A DNA stretch of 64,000 nucleotides from Nostoc sp. DedSLP01. Its GTDB lineage: Bacteria; Cyanobacteriota; Cyanobacteriia; Cyanobacteriales; Nostocaceae. Location of the stretch: the NCBI GenBank assembly GCA_034530875.2, contig JAVRCJ020000001.1, positions 1-64,000 on the forward strand, written 5' to 3'. The position numbers and the translations under genes are program-made. Within the stretch, counting starts at the first letter, position 1, and each line of letters starts with the position of its first letter. The notes beneath the pieces are model-generated. The model was not told where the DNA came from. It saw only the letters and a list, made by a program, of their open reading frames with translations, and ran no database searches. This document shows, piece by piece, positions 10,753 to 20,160 of the stretch.

Positions 10753-10860
10753 TTATGTGGCTCCTTAGTAATCAGTTTGGATTTTTCAGGGAGTGGGGAG
10801 CAGGGAAGTAGTTCCAGCAGTCTTTCCCCTCTGCTCCCCTCTGCCTCTTCCCATGCCCTT

Positions 10861-11760
10861 CTACTCAATCAATACTGAAAGCGAATTAATACCTGGTTCT
10901 TGTCCTCGCAACACAGAATTACCATTAAATAGCTGACGCTGATCGATAGATTGGGGATTTAGCCAGTCTGATGCTTGCATTTGTCCGGTTTGACTGTAAG
11001 CCGCCAGAGCATTTTCATAACAAACTGCTTGCACGTGTTCTTCTGGAATGCCTCTTTCTAACATTAACTGAGCCGTTTTTGGCACTGCTAATGGATCGCT
11101 AATTCCCCAATCAGCACTACTATCGACAATAATGCGATTGAATCCATATTTACGAACAACTTCCACCATCCTGGCATTACCCATTTTTGTTTGGGGATAA
11201 ATCGTAAAAGCTGCCCAAAAACCTCTTTTTAGTACTTCTTCAACAGTTTCCTCGTTGTTATGATCGATAACTACTTGTGAAGGATCTAAACCATATTCAA
11301 TACACCGATCCATACTCCGACTAGCGCCTGCTTTCTTATTACGATGAGGAGTATGAATTAGTACTAACATATCGAGTTCTTTGGCTAATGCTAACTGTTG
11401 ACAAAAGTACTTATCTTCTACTTCTGTCATATCGTCGTAGCCAATTTCGCCAATGGCAACAACTCCTTCTTTGCAAGCATAAAGCGGTAGCAATTCCAGC
11501 ACTTCTGCTGCTAGCGCCTCGTTGTTGGCTTCTTTAGGATTTAAGCCGATTGTACAGTAATGTTGGATGCCAAACTGACTAGCACGAAACCGTTCCCAGC
11601 CTACAAGACTGCTGAAATAGTCTTTGAATGTACCGGCGTTAGTTCGCGGTTGCCCTAACCAAAAAGCTGGCTCAATAACGGCGACAATACCATATTCTCG
11701 CATTACTAAGTAATCGTAAGTAGTACGGGAACACATGTGAATGTGAGGATCGATATACAT
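10861..11760 (-). CDS. eboB: EboB, TatD-family hydrolase
   Basis: DPHIH, GEIGYD, IHTPH, IDHNNE and DSSADWG motifs. Confidence 0.9.
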   Translation of the reverse strand: MYIDPHIHMCSRTTYDYLVMREYGIVAVIEPAFWLGQPRTNAGTFKDYFSSLVGWERFRASQFGIQHYCTIGLNPKEANNEALAAEVLELLPLYACKEGVVAIGEIGYDDMTEVEDKYFCQQLALAKELDMLVLIHTPHRNKKAGASRSMDRCIEYGLDPSQVVIDHNNEETVEEVLKRGFWAAFTIYPQTKMGNARMVEVVRKYGFNRIIVDSSADWGISDPLAVPKTAQLMLERGIPEEHVQAVCYENALAAYSQTGQMQASDWLNPQSIDQRQLFNGNSVLRGQEPGINSLSVLIE

Positions 11761-11905
11761 GATGGTGTGGTTTAGTAAGTAGGGAGAGACGCGATGAATT
11801 GCGGTACGGACTGGAGAATGGGGATTTAGTATTTGGAATTTAGTATTTGGGATTGGAGGATAATATTGTTAAGCTTATTTCCCAGTCTCCAGCTTTGAAT
11901 TCCTG

Positions 11906-12772
11906 TTAGCGATCGCGGCTAAAACTGCTCCAAGTCAGGTTACCCTGTTCAATGGATGAGTGCAAATCTGGATAATTTGAAAGTAATGCTTGCGCTTCGG
12001 GTAAACCTGATTCAGCACAGGCTAATGCTGCTGCTTGTTGCTCGGCTATATCCCCATTAGCGAGGACTTTTTCTAAATCTGCAACTACCGTACTATCAGC
12101 GAATTTACCTACGGGTCGCCACAGTTCTGGTGTAACTGGGCGTTTAGCTGCCCAACGTTCGTGGGCATAGTCTGTCAACATCTTTGCTAATTCTGGGTTG
12201 GCGCGACGATCTAAACCCCAAATTAGATGCAACGGACTACCAACAAATACGGTCTTCAATACCATCTGATTCCAAGCAGCGTTATCTAAATAGTTTGCTG
12301 GATAAGGGTTACGCAGTGCTATGGCTTGAAAGACATTGCTCATATTGCTGCGAATTCCCTCAGCAGCGCGCTGGCGATGTAATTCTGGATGTGGTAGTAA
12401 GGGTAAACTCTGATAAAGTGCAACTAATTCGCCCATATCGGCACTAGAGAAGACTTTATCGAGCGTTTGCACGTAACTCTCGGCATCATCGTGTGGTAAA
12501 GCTAAAACCAAGAGTGCGCGGCCTGCTTGGTCTACACTCCAATTACCAGGATTCCAACCAGCAATTACTTCATCTGCTGCTTCCAAATCTGGCGATGTTA
12601 GCTGCAAATTTTGTTTACCTAAATAACGCGGCACAGCACTAAAAGCTGTGAAAAACACTCGTTCAGCAGCTCCGTTAGCAATTTGTGTCTGTTTCTGTTC
12701 CAACCAACTAATAGCTGTGTCTGAAACAGACTGTAGTAACCACTGATCTAGTAACTTGTTTACTTTACTCAT
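11906..12772 (-). CDS. eboA: EboA domain protein
   Basis: LYQSLPLLP, EGIRSNM, NPYPA and WNQMVLK..F..ERWAAKR motifs; ATG at 12772 preferred over TTG at 12811. Confidence 0.9.
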   Translation of the reverse strand: MSKVNKLLDQWLLQSVSDTAISWLEQKQTQIANGAAERVFFTAFSAVPRYLGKQNLQLTSPDLEAADEVIAGWNPGNWSVDQAGRALLVLALPHDDAESYVQTLDKVFSSADMGELVALYQSLPLLPHPELHRQRAAEGIRSNMSNVFQAIALRNPYPANYLDNAAWNQMVLKTVFVGSPLHLIWGLDRRANPELAKMLTDYAHERWAAKRPVTPELWRPVGKFADSTVVADLEKVLANGDIAEQQAAALACAESGLPEAQALLSNYPDLHSSIEQGNLTWSSFSRDR

Positions 12773-13242
12773 GATAAATTCAGCAGAAGTTGTCCAACTT
12801 TTTTGCGACAACTATGTATAATTTTTAGCACTAAATTTGATACTTTGTTATTCAACTAGTTATATAGTATATTAATTACCAAATAACTTCATTGAATCTA
12901 TAAAAATCGAGTCTTTATAGATAAGATAGTGTAAAGATATGATTTTGAACTGATAAACTCCAAGTGAAGCTACTGAAAAAAAATTAGAATTTTATTTAGA
13001 TAGAGCATATCAACTGCCCAACTTAGATATACAATCTAAGCATGAATAAGCTTGCAAATAAATGTAACTTGAGATAGATCCAACAATGGATAGATGCACA
13101 GTAAATAAATAATTTATTAGCTCAAATTATCTGGTAAATAATTTGAATCTCAAGTGGAATATTTATATTGTTCAAATTAGCGCTAATTTAAATTCAATTA
13201 GCGTACTTATATCCAATTAGTTCAAAATTAATAATATTAAAT

Positions 13243-14445
13243 ATGTCTCTTCAACAAAAGACTGCTCTCAACCTACAACCCATTAATCAATGCATTCAAG
13301 TAACATTCAAGTATGGTGTTCATTTTACTAGAGGTTTGTTTGACTTAGATAATCCTTTATTGGCACAAACGATCGCTGGAAATAGGGAGGCAACTCCCAA
13401 AAAAGTACTAGTAGTGGTAGATGGAGGTATTTTACACTACCAAAAGGAATTGCTCAAAAAATTATCAGGTTACGCACAGCGTTATGCAGATGCGATCGCT
13501 TTGAGTGGCGAACCGATGATAGTTCCTGGTGGAGAAGCAGTCAAAAATGATTCTACATTCATAGAGCAAATTCATCAGGTAATCGATGCAGTTGGATTGT
13601 GTCGCCACTCTTACGTGTTAGCAATTGGAGGCGGGGCCGTGCTAGATATGGCAGGATATGCAGCAGCAACGGCTCATCGAGGAATTCGGTTGATACGAGT
13701 ACCGACCACAGTATTAGGGCAAAATGATTCGGGTGTAGGGGTAAAAAATGGAATCAATGCCTTTGGTAAGAAAAATTTTCTTGGTACATTCATGCCTCCT
13801 TATGCTGTATTGAATGACTTTGATTTTCTTATTAGTCTTGACGATCGCGATTGGCGATCTGGAATTGCAGAAGCAGTCAAAGTGGCACTGATTAAAGATG
13901 CAGATTTCTTCAATTTTATTGCCACTTATGCTGATAGATTAGCTAATCGAGATATGGAGATTATGGAACAGCTAATCTATCGTTGTTCTCAATTACACTT
14001 AGAACATATTGCTGGTGGGGGCGATCCTTTTGAAATGGGTTCATCGCGTCCTTTAGATTTTGGACATTGGGCTGCTCATAAACTAGAACATTTGACAAAT
14101 TATAGCTTACGTCATGGTGAAGCTGTGGCGATCGGCATTGCTTTAGACGCAACCTATTCATATTTAACCGGCGAACTTTTACAATGCGAGTGGCAAAGGG
14201 TTCTCAGTACGTTAAAAAAATTAGGCTTTACTTTGTTTGTACCAACACTAACAGAGTATTTAGATAACCCAGACCATCCCGATTGTATATTTAGGGGACT
14301 TACCGAATTCCGCGAACATTTAGGAGGTAAATTAACAATTACTCTTCTAGAAGGTATCGGGCAAGGAATAGAAGTTAATCAAGTTGATTTGTCTTTGTAT
14401 AAACGCGCTATTCTCCTCCTGCAAGATTGGGAAATTTTGCATTAA
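13243..14445 (+). CDS. eboD: EboD, 3-dehydroquinate-synthase-like sugar-phosphate cyclase
   Basis: GGEAVKN, IGGGAVLD, PTTVLGQNDSGVGVKN, DFGHWAAH and HGEAV motifs; divergent from eboA. Confidence 0.88.
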   Translation: MSLQQKTALNLQPINQCIQVTFKYGVHFTRGLFDLDNPLLAQTIAGNREATPKKVLVVVDGGILHYQKELLKKLSGYAQRYADAIALSGEPMIVPGGEAVKNDSTFIEQIHQVIDAVGLCRHSYVLAIGGGAVLDMAGYAAATAHRGIRLIRVPTTVLGQNDSGVGVKNGINAFGKKNFLGTFMPPYAVLNDFDFLISLDDRDWRSGIAEAVKVALIKDADFFNFIATYADRLANRDMEIMEQLIYRCSQLHLEHIAGGGDPFEMGSSRPLDFGHWAAHKLEHLTNYSLRHGEAVAIGIALDATYSYLTGELLQCEWQRVLSTLKKLGFTLFVPTLTEYLDNPDHPDCIFRGLTEFREHLGGKLTITLLEGIGQGIEVNQVDLSLYKRAILLLQDWEILH

Positions 14446-14475
14446 TTATTAATCGATAATATCTCTCGCGATCGG

Positions 14476-14502
14476 GTAGGGGCGCACAGCTGTGCGCCCC
14501 TA
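14476..14502. repeat. GTAG REP-like hairpin
   Basis: gtaggggcgcacagctgtgcgccccta palindrome. Confidence 0.8.
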
Positions 14503-14549
14503 AAAATTTCTATAGATTTTCACAAAATACTTGATATAAATAAATACGC

Positions 14550-14620
14550 TTGGGTTGAGGAACGAAACCCAACATGTTCGCTGCTTTGTTGGGTTTCACT
14601 TCGTTTAACCCAATCTACAA
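14550..14620. repeat. Palindromic dispersed repeat
   Basis: ttgggttgaggaacgaaacccaaca...tgttgggtttcacttcgtttaacccaa imperfect long hairpin. Confidence 0.65.
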
Positions 14621-14772
14621 TTTTCCTTAGAAAATCTGAATTTTGTTAGCGCAGCTAAGCCGTGTCCGCGTTCGCGCAGCGTCTCGTAGAGAGCGTCATT
14701 TTGAATTTTGAATTGGTATCATATCTTTGGAATAGTATTTGCATAGTTTTTTTCATTAATGAGAAAATATTC

Positions 14773-15825
14773 ATGAGATACAAACTCTTGGGCAAAAGCG
14801 GTTTAAGAGTCTCCGAACTCTGCTTGGGAACCATGACCTTTGGTGAAGATTGGGGTTGGGGTGCTTCCAAAGACGAAAGCGGTAAAGTTTTTAATGCTTT
14901 TGTGGAAGCTGGAGGTAATTTTATTGACACCGCCAATGGTTATACCGATGGTAGCAGTGAAAAGATTGTTGGTGAATTAATTGCTAAAGACCGGGAACGC
15001 TTTGTAGTTGCGACGAAATATTCGTTTCCCTTGCGGATGAATGATAACAAAGGCGACCCCAATGGTAGCGGTAATCATCGTAAGAACTTAATCCAGTCTT
15101 TAGAAGGTAGTCTCAAACGGTTGAATACCGACTACATTGATTTATTTTGGTTGCACGCTTGGGATTTTACCACGCCTATTGAAGAAGTATTACGATCGCT
15201 TGATGATGTAGTCCGTCAAGGTAAAGTACTTTATATCGGCATTTCTGATGCACCAGCTTGGATTGTTTCCCAAGCAAATACCATTGCTCAATATCAAGGA
15301 TGGACGCAGTTTGTTGCCCTGCAAATTGAGTATAGTTTAATTCAGCGAACGCCAGAACGCGATTTAATTCCGATGGCTAAAGCTTTCGATTTAGCTATAA
15401 CGCCGTGGTCGCCTTTGGGCGGTGGCGTGCTGACAGGTAAGTATAATAAACCTCCTCAAGAAAATAGCGAACAGGGAAGGTTAGCAAATCCAGGATTAGG
15501 AACTATTTCAGAAAAAAGTTTGGCGATCGCTGAAGTTGTAAGTCAAGTTGCAGCAGAAATTGGACGCACGCCGTCACAGGTAGCAATAGCTTGGTTACGC
15601 GCTCAAAGTGGAGTCATAATTCCGATTATTGGGGCGCGTAAATTAAGTCAATTTCAAGATAACTTAGCTTCCTTGGATGTTACTCTTTCCCCAGAACATT
15701 TGCAGCGTTTAAATGAAATCAGTCAAATTGAGTTGGGTTTTCCCCATGACTTTTTGCACAGCGAGATGATTCGCGATCGCCTTTTTGGTGGTACTTTTAG
15801 TGCCATAGACAACCATCGGATTTAA
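14773..15825 (+). CDS. Aldo/keto reductase
   Basis: LGKSGLRVSELCLGTMTFG, FIDTANGY, ATKY, SLKRLNTDYIDL and PWSPLGGG motifs; the ORF-track extension upstream is repeat-derived. Confidence 0.93.
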   Translation: MRYKLLGKSGLRVSELCLGTMTFGEDWGWGASKDESGKVFNAFVEAGGNFIDTANGYTDGSSEKIVGELIAKDRERFVVATKYSFPLRMNDNKGDPNGSGNHRKNLIQSLEGSLKRLNTDYIDLFWLHAWDFTTPIEEVLRSLDDVVRQGKVLYIGISDAPAWIVSQANTIAQYQGWTQFVALQIEYSLIQRTPERDLIPMAKAFDLAITPWSPLGGGVLTGKYNKPPQENSEQGRLANPGLGTISEKSLAIAEVVSQVAAEIGRTPSQVAIAWLRAQSGVIIPIIGARKLSQFQDNLASLDVTLSPEHLQRLNEISQIELGFPHDFLHSEMIRDRLFGGTFSAIDNHRI

Positions 15826-16001
15826 TTTTATTATTTATTAGTCATTAGTCATTAGTCATTAGTTATTTTTGATATTTTGCAAGGTTCTGATATTTGCAAA
15901 ATTCGATACTTGATACGAAGAAAGCTACAGAGTTTGAGTATTGCATTTTGTTCTTCGCTAATGACCGCTGACCAATGACTAATAACTAATTAATAGTAAG
16001 A

Positions 16002-16036
16002 AATTCTCAATCCAAAATTGAGAATTATTTTCTTAA
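16002..16036 (+). promoter_or_regulatory. Putative Fur/PerR-type box upstream of dps
   Basis: aattctcaat-ccaaa-attgagaatt palindrome overlapping ttgagaattattttct, a 7-1-7 Fur-like motif. Confidence 0.45.
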
Positions 16037-16155
16037 AAATTGTATCAATTATAAACAATAACACATTCAGGCTTGAATTCAATCTATCGTCAGAGAGTTT
16101 CGCATCACAAGCCAAAATCTGTAAAGTAAATTGTAATAGGCATTAAGATAAAATC

Positions 16156-16728
16156 ATGAGCGACAACACCCTTTCATCACGTCTGTACCCTACCCGCATC
16201 GACATTCCTGCTGAATCACGAGTGCAAATTGTGGTCATTCTTAACCAAACCCTCGCAGCTAGTTTGGATTTAAAAACCCAAGTAAAGCAAGCGCATTGGA
16301 ATGTTAAAGGCACCGATTTCTACCAGCTACACGAACTATTTGATGAAATTGCTGGTGAATTAGAAGAATACGTTGATATGGTTGCCGAACGGGTAACAGC
16401 TTTAGGTGGATATGCTGTAGGAACAGCCCGTGCTGCTGCTAGTAATTCTATTCTTCCAGAATATCCATTTGATATTTTGGACGGTAAAGACCACGTAACA
16501 GCTTTAGCAGATCGTTTTGCACCCTATGCTAAACATATCCGAGAAGCGATCGATAAAACTGATGAATTAGGTGATGCTGATACAGCGGACCTTTACACTG
16601 AAATTTCCCGCACCATTGACAAACGACTCTGGTTCTTAGAAGCTCATCTGCAAGTAGCAGAAATTAAGGGAGAGAATGGCAGCGCAGGTGCTACTAAAAC
16701 TCAAAAGACAGCTGCTGGTGTCAGATAA
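16156..16728 (+). CDS. dps: DNA starvation/stationary-phase protection protein Dps
   Basis: KQAHWNVKG, LHELFD and DMVAER ferroxidase motifs; WFLEAH. Confidence 0.95.
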   Translation: MSDNTLSSRLYPTRIDIPAESRVQIVVILNQTLAASLDLKTQVKQAHWNVKGTDFYQLHELFDEIAGELEEYVDMVAERVTALGGYAVGTARAAASNSILPEYPFDILDGKDHVTALADRFAPYAKHIREAIDKTDELGDADTADLYTEISRTIDKRLWFLEAHLQVAEIKGENGSAGATKTQKTAAGVR

Positions 16729-16868
16729 GTATTTATAAATGAGGGGATAGTAAATCTTAACTTGTAGTAAGGTGCGTTAGGCTTTAGCCTAACGCACTAT
16801 ATTATATTGGCATCAAATCCAAAATTAACAATACCTGGTTTGATGGTCTGTAAAACGTCCTTGAATTA

Positions 16869-17006
16869 AGACGCGACGCCAGTCGCTACAACGGGGAGCC
16901 ACTGCGTTGGACGGGTTTCCCGGCTTGTTCGCCCTTGGCGTTCCCGAAGGGTAGCAAGTGGCGTGGGAACCCCCGCAACGCGCTGGCTCATGAATCGCGT
17001 CTCTAC
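16869..17006. mobile_element. Four-level nest of small dispersed repeats inside a GTAG-family hairpin
   Basis: agacgcg[acgccagtcgctacaacggg[gagccactgcgttggacgggtttcccggcttgt[tcgcccttggcgttcccgaagggt]agcaagtggcgt]gggaacccccgcaacgcgctggctc]atgaatcgcgtctctac. Confidence 0.75.
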
Positions 17007-17280
17007 AAATGCTCTATTTATCAAATTATTTTTTAAAATTGGTATTAATTTTTGGAAATATAATTTAGAAATTTTTTGATTTTTTGGTACTAATAAAATT
17101 ATCCTATTTCCTGGAAAAATCCTGTAATAACTCACAGTAACTTTTTGGTAACTATGGCACTTTTAAGTGCGTACTTTTCATTTTATCTGTATATACTTTA
17201 CTATTTAAATAGTTGAAAAATAGATTGAATACATAAAAATTCTGAACGCTTCTAAAAACAATTAACAACGAGGCAAATCT

Positions 17281-17997
17281 ATGTCTAAAAATACAATTAC
17301 CCACTTAATTCACGATCGCAATGCACGCGGTCACGTTCAAACAGGCTGGCTTGATAGTTATCACACATTTTCCTTTGGTAGTTTTTACGATCCCAATCGT
17401 ATGGGATTTCGTTCTCTACGAGTCATCAACGATGACCGCATCGCCCCTGGTGGTGGATTTCCTACCCACAGCCATCGGGATATGGAAATTCTCACTTATG
17501 TATTAGAAGGTGCCGTAGAACATAAAGACAGCTTGGGTACGGGGTCGGTAATTCGTCCTGGTGATGCACAAGTCATGAGTGCTGGTACTGGAATCAGCCA
17601 CAGCGAATTTAATCCCTCGCCAACTGAACCATTGCACTTATTGCAAATCTGGATTTTGCCCGACGAACAAGGGTTAACACCAAGATACGAACAAAAAGCT
17701 TTTCCTCTAGAAGAAAAGCGCGGTAAATTACGTTTGATTGCTGCTAAAGATGGGCGCGATGGTGCTGTAACAATTCACCAAGATGTTGATTTATACGTGT
17801 CTGTTTTAGACGGAGGTGATGCTGTTAATTATCAAGTCAAAAGCGATCGCTACGCCTGGTTACAAGTAGCCAAAGGTATAGTCAACTTAAATGGTGAAGA
17901 ACTCAGGGCTGGCGATGGGGTACAAATCAACGGTGCAGAACAGCTAGAAATTAGCACCAACATCGGCGGTGAAATCTTACTTTTTGATTTGGGCTAA
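17281..17997 (+). CDS. Pirin family protein (YhhW-like)
   Basis: [42 protein letters not shown] and LQIW motifs. Confidence 0.93.
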   Translation: MSKNTITHLIHDRNARGHVQTGWLDSYHTFSFGSFYDPNRMGFRSLRVINDDRIAPGGGFPTHSHRDMEILTYVLEGAVEHKDSLGTGSVIRPGDAQVMSAGTGISHSEFNPSPTEPLHLLQIWILPDEQGLTPRYEQKAFPLEEKRGKLRLIAAKDGRDGAVTIHQDVDLYVSVLDGGDAVNYQVKSDRYAWLQVAKGIVNLNGEELRAGDGVQINGAEQLEISTNIGGEILLFDLG

Positions 17998-18242
17998 TAT
18001 TGCAGCGATTTTTAATTAAATGATTGTCAGGGCGCACAGCTATACCAATTCAAAATTCAAAATGAAGAATTTTAAAATTCGAGTTAGTTGTGCGTCCTTA
18101 CGTGCTTACCTAAGCGATCGCCCCGCTGTAAAATGAATACTTGAAACAGCCGATTATTATTACTGATTTCAGCAATGCCCTTTGGGTATGCCTAAAATTG
18201 CGAATTGGTATAAATCCTGTTAACAATCGATTCCGGAAAATT

Positions 18243-18878
18243 ATGGCATTATATCTAGACTCGGCGATTGCATCGGAAGCTGAAATAGTCAAGCATTGGG
18301 GTTGGGTAAAAGGTATTACAACCAATCCCACGCTTTTAGCTCAAAGCGATACTCCACCAGAAACGACGCTCAAAAAATTAGTTACCTTGACAAACGGCCC
18401 ATTATACTATCAACTCATGGCATCTGATAAAGCGGGAATGGTAGCTGAAGGTAGGAAAGCTTTTGAGATTATTGGTTCGCAAACAATTTTGAAAATTCCT
18501 GCAACACCTTTAGGCTTTGAAGTAGTAGCAATCTTGTCCTCAGAAATTACCTGTTCGGTAACGGCAATTTACAGTGCAGCACAAGCAGCAGTTGCAAGGC
18601 AAGCGGGAGCAAAAATTGCCATAGCTTATGTAAATCGGGCTACTCGGTTGTTAGGTGATGGTATTGCTTTAGTCCGGGAAATGGCTAGCGTACTCCAAGG
18701 TAGCGACACGGAAATTTTAGCAGCTAGTATTAAATCTCCCCAAGAAGCAGCCGCTTCCTTGCAAGCAGGAGCAGATCATTTGACTTTACCATTGGCAATG
18801 TTGCAAGCGATCGCTACTCATGAATTATCACAAAAAACAGTTGAAGAATTTGCCCAAGGGGGCATAGGTTTAAAATAA
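18243..18878 (+). CDS. Transaldolase-family class I aldolase, fructose-6-phosphate-aldolase-like
   Basis: YLDSA, GITTNPT, ILKIP (Schiff-base Lys), AYVNR and LAASIK motifs; ATG at 18243. Confidence 0.85.
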   Translation: MALYLDSAIASEAEIVKHWGWVKGITTNPTLLAQSDTPPETTLKKLVTLTNGPLYYQLMASDKAGMVAEGRKAFEIIGSQTILKIPATPLGFEVVAILSSEITCSVTAIYSAAQAAVARQAGAKIAIAYVNRATRLLGDGIALVREMASVLQGSDTEILAASIKSPQEAAASLQAGADHLTLPLAMLQAIATHELSQKTVEEFAQGGIGLK

Positions 18879-18904
18879 TTCGTAATTTTTAATTCGTAAT
18901 TCAG

Positions 18905-18997
18905 ATGAGTTTTTCAGATTTGCCTAATCTTTGGGTTCCTTTGGTGCTTTTGGGTTTGATTGTTCTAGCTGCTGTATTTTTCAGTCGCAGTAGTTAA
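18905..18997 (+). CDS. Candidate 30-aa single-helix membrane protein
   Basis: MSFSDLPNLWVPLVLLGLIVLAAVFFSRSS*; starts 26 bp after the aldolase stop; below the ORF-track cutoff. Confidence 0.55.
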   Translation: MSFSDLPNLWVPLVLLGLIVLAAVFFSRSS

Positions 18998-19107
18998 ACT
19001 AAATATTTGAGTCGATCTGTTGTGTTGAAAACCTCCTGCATCATTTTGAATTTTGAATTTTCAATTGGTATTACTTCCTTGTTTTCCTTCAGCTGCTTAA
19101 ACTTCAA

Positions 19108-19500
19108 TTAATCGCTAACTAGAACGATTCTAGGTAAAGATAGGGGTTCATTTTCACCAAGTTCGCCAGCCGTAATCTTATCTGCTCCTATTTGTTGCAG
19201 CGTCTTCAACAAGGTTACGCTTTGACTCAATAATTCATCTACATCAACACCGCCGTAGCTAGATGGGTAACGCCGCAGACGATTGCTACCTTCTCCCAGC
19301 AGAATTACCGCACCTCGCCAGTTACGATTTTCCAGATGATACAGTGCCACAGCAATTTGCAGAATGCCTTGATAAAAGGTTTTTTCTGGTTCGCTGGCTT
19401 CAATCCAAAGAGCCTCTAAAGTGTCATGGCAGGCATAAAACTGACCAGAATTGAACTGTTCTACGCCTTGCCAAAACTCTTGCGGCATGGTTTCGCTCAT
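19108..19500 (-). CDS. DUF309 domain protein
   Basis: FNSGQFYACHDTLEALW and QGILQIAVALYH motifs; overlaps the ftrC stop by 4 bp. Confidence 0.88.
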   Translation of the reverse strand: MSETMPQEFWQGVEQFNSGQFYACHDTLEALWIEASEPEKTFYQGILQIAVALYHLENRNWRGAVILLGEGSNRLRRYPSSYGGVDVDELLSQSVTLLKTLQQIGADKITAGELGENEPLSLPRIVLVSD

Positions 19501-19862
19501 CCCATGCTGTCTCGCACTTCTTTTATTGTTTGGAGAGTAATTTCTTGTTTGTCTCCAGCAAACTCATTTTCAGGGGTGAGGAACAACATACAATGACATT
19601 CTTTACGTTCTCTCATGGGTACGCAGGGACAGTTCCAATATGTGGCGTGAACCTCGGCTTCTTTATCTTCGTAGTGCCGACAGGGACATAAAGGCGAACC
19701 TAGCTCGTCTTTATGTTTGGCTAGTCCTTCAATTACTACTGCCGTAACAGAAGGTTCAGAACAGAAGTATGTTCCAGTACGCTTAGCGTATTGTTCGGAA
19801 AAATGCCGCATTGCCTCTAGGCTTTTATCGCTGGATTTTGTGTTAGCTTCTGATGCGATCAT
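19497..19862 (-). CDS. ftrC: Ferredoxin-thioredoxin reductase catalytic subunit
   Basis: LCPCRHY, WNCPC and ECHC Fe-S/disulfide motifs. Confidence 0.96.
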   Translation of the reverse strand: MIASEANTKSSDKSLEAMRHFSEQYAKRTGTYFCSEPSVTAVVIEGLAKHKDELGSPLCPCRHYEDKEAEVHATYWNCPCVPMRERKECHCMLFLTPENEFAGDKQEITLQTIKEVRDSMG

Positions 19863-20044
19863 GTGGTTCGGGCGCTCATAATTTAAATATTTCTTTGCAT
19901 TGTACCTCAGTCGCAGTAGGGGATTACTGGGTGTATTTCCCCAACCTGAGCTGCTTAGCTTGTTTTACCTTTGCTCAAAAGGCTTATAAGTCTCGCGTGC
20001 TGGGATCGCGGGCAATCTAGGAAATCAGAGAAGCTTAACTTGGG

Positions 20045-20160
20045 TGGGGAGATGAAGGGCAGGGGAGCAGGGAGCAGGGAGATGGGGAGATGCAGGAGTG
20101 GGGGGGGAAAGATTTCTTCCCCATCCTCCCACACTCCCTGCTTGTCCTATGCCCCATACC
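20045..20160. repeat. Composite STRR repeat
   Basis: ggggagcagggagcagggagatggggagatg ... atttcttccccatcctcccacactccc. Confidence 0.7.

Noticed and set aside
13243..14445. aroB or mycosporine DDGS (mysA) assignment
   Set aside because: Ebo context and absence of O-methyltransferase/ATP-grasp genes favour EboD
14662..14772. N-terminal extension of the aldo-keto reductase
   Set aside because: Repeat-derived; the family-typical start MRYKLLG is at 14773
16866..17135. 89-aa minus-strand ORF, or a tRNA/ncRNA, in the GC-rich patch
   Set aside because: The GC-rich part resolves into nested small repeats; no cloverleaf or T-loop consensus
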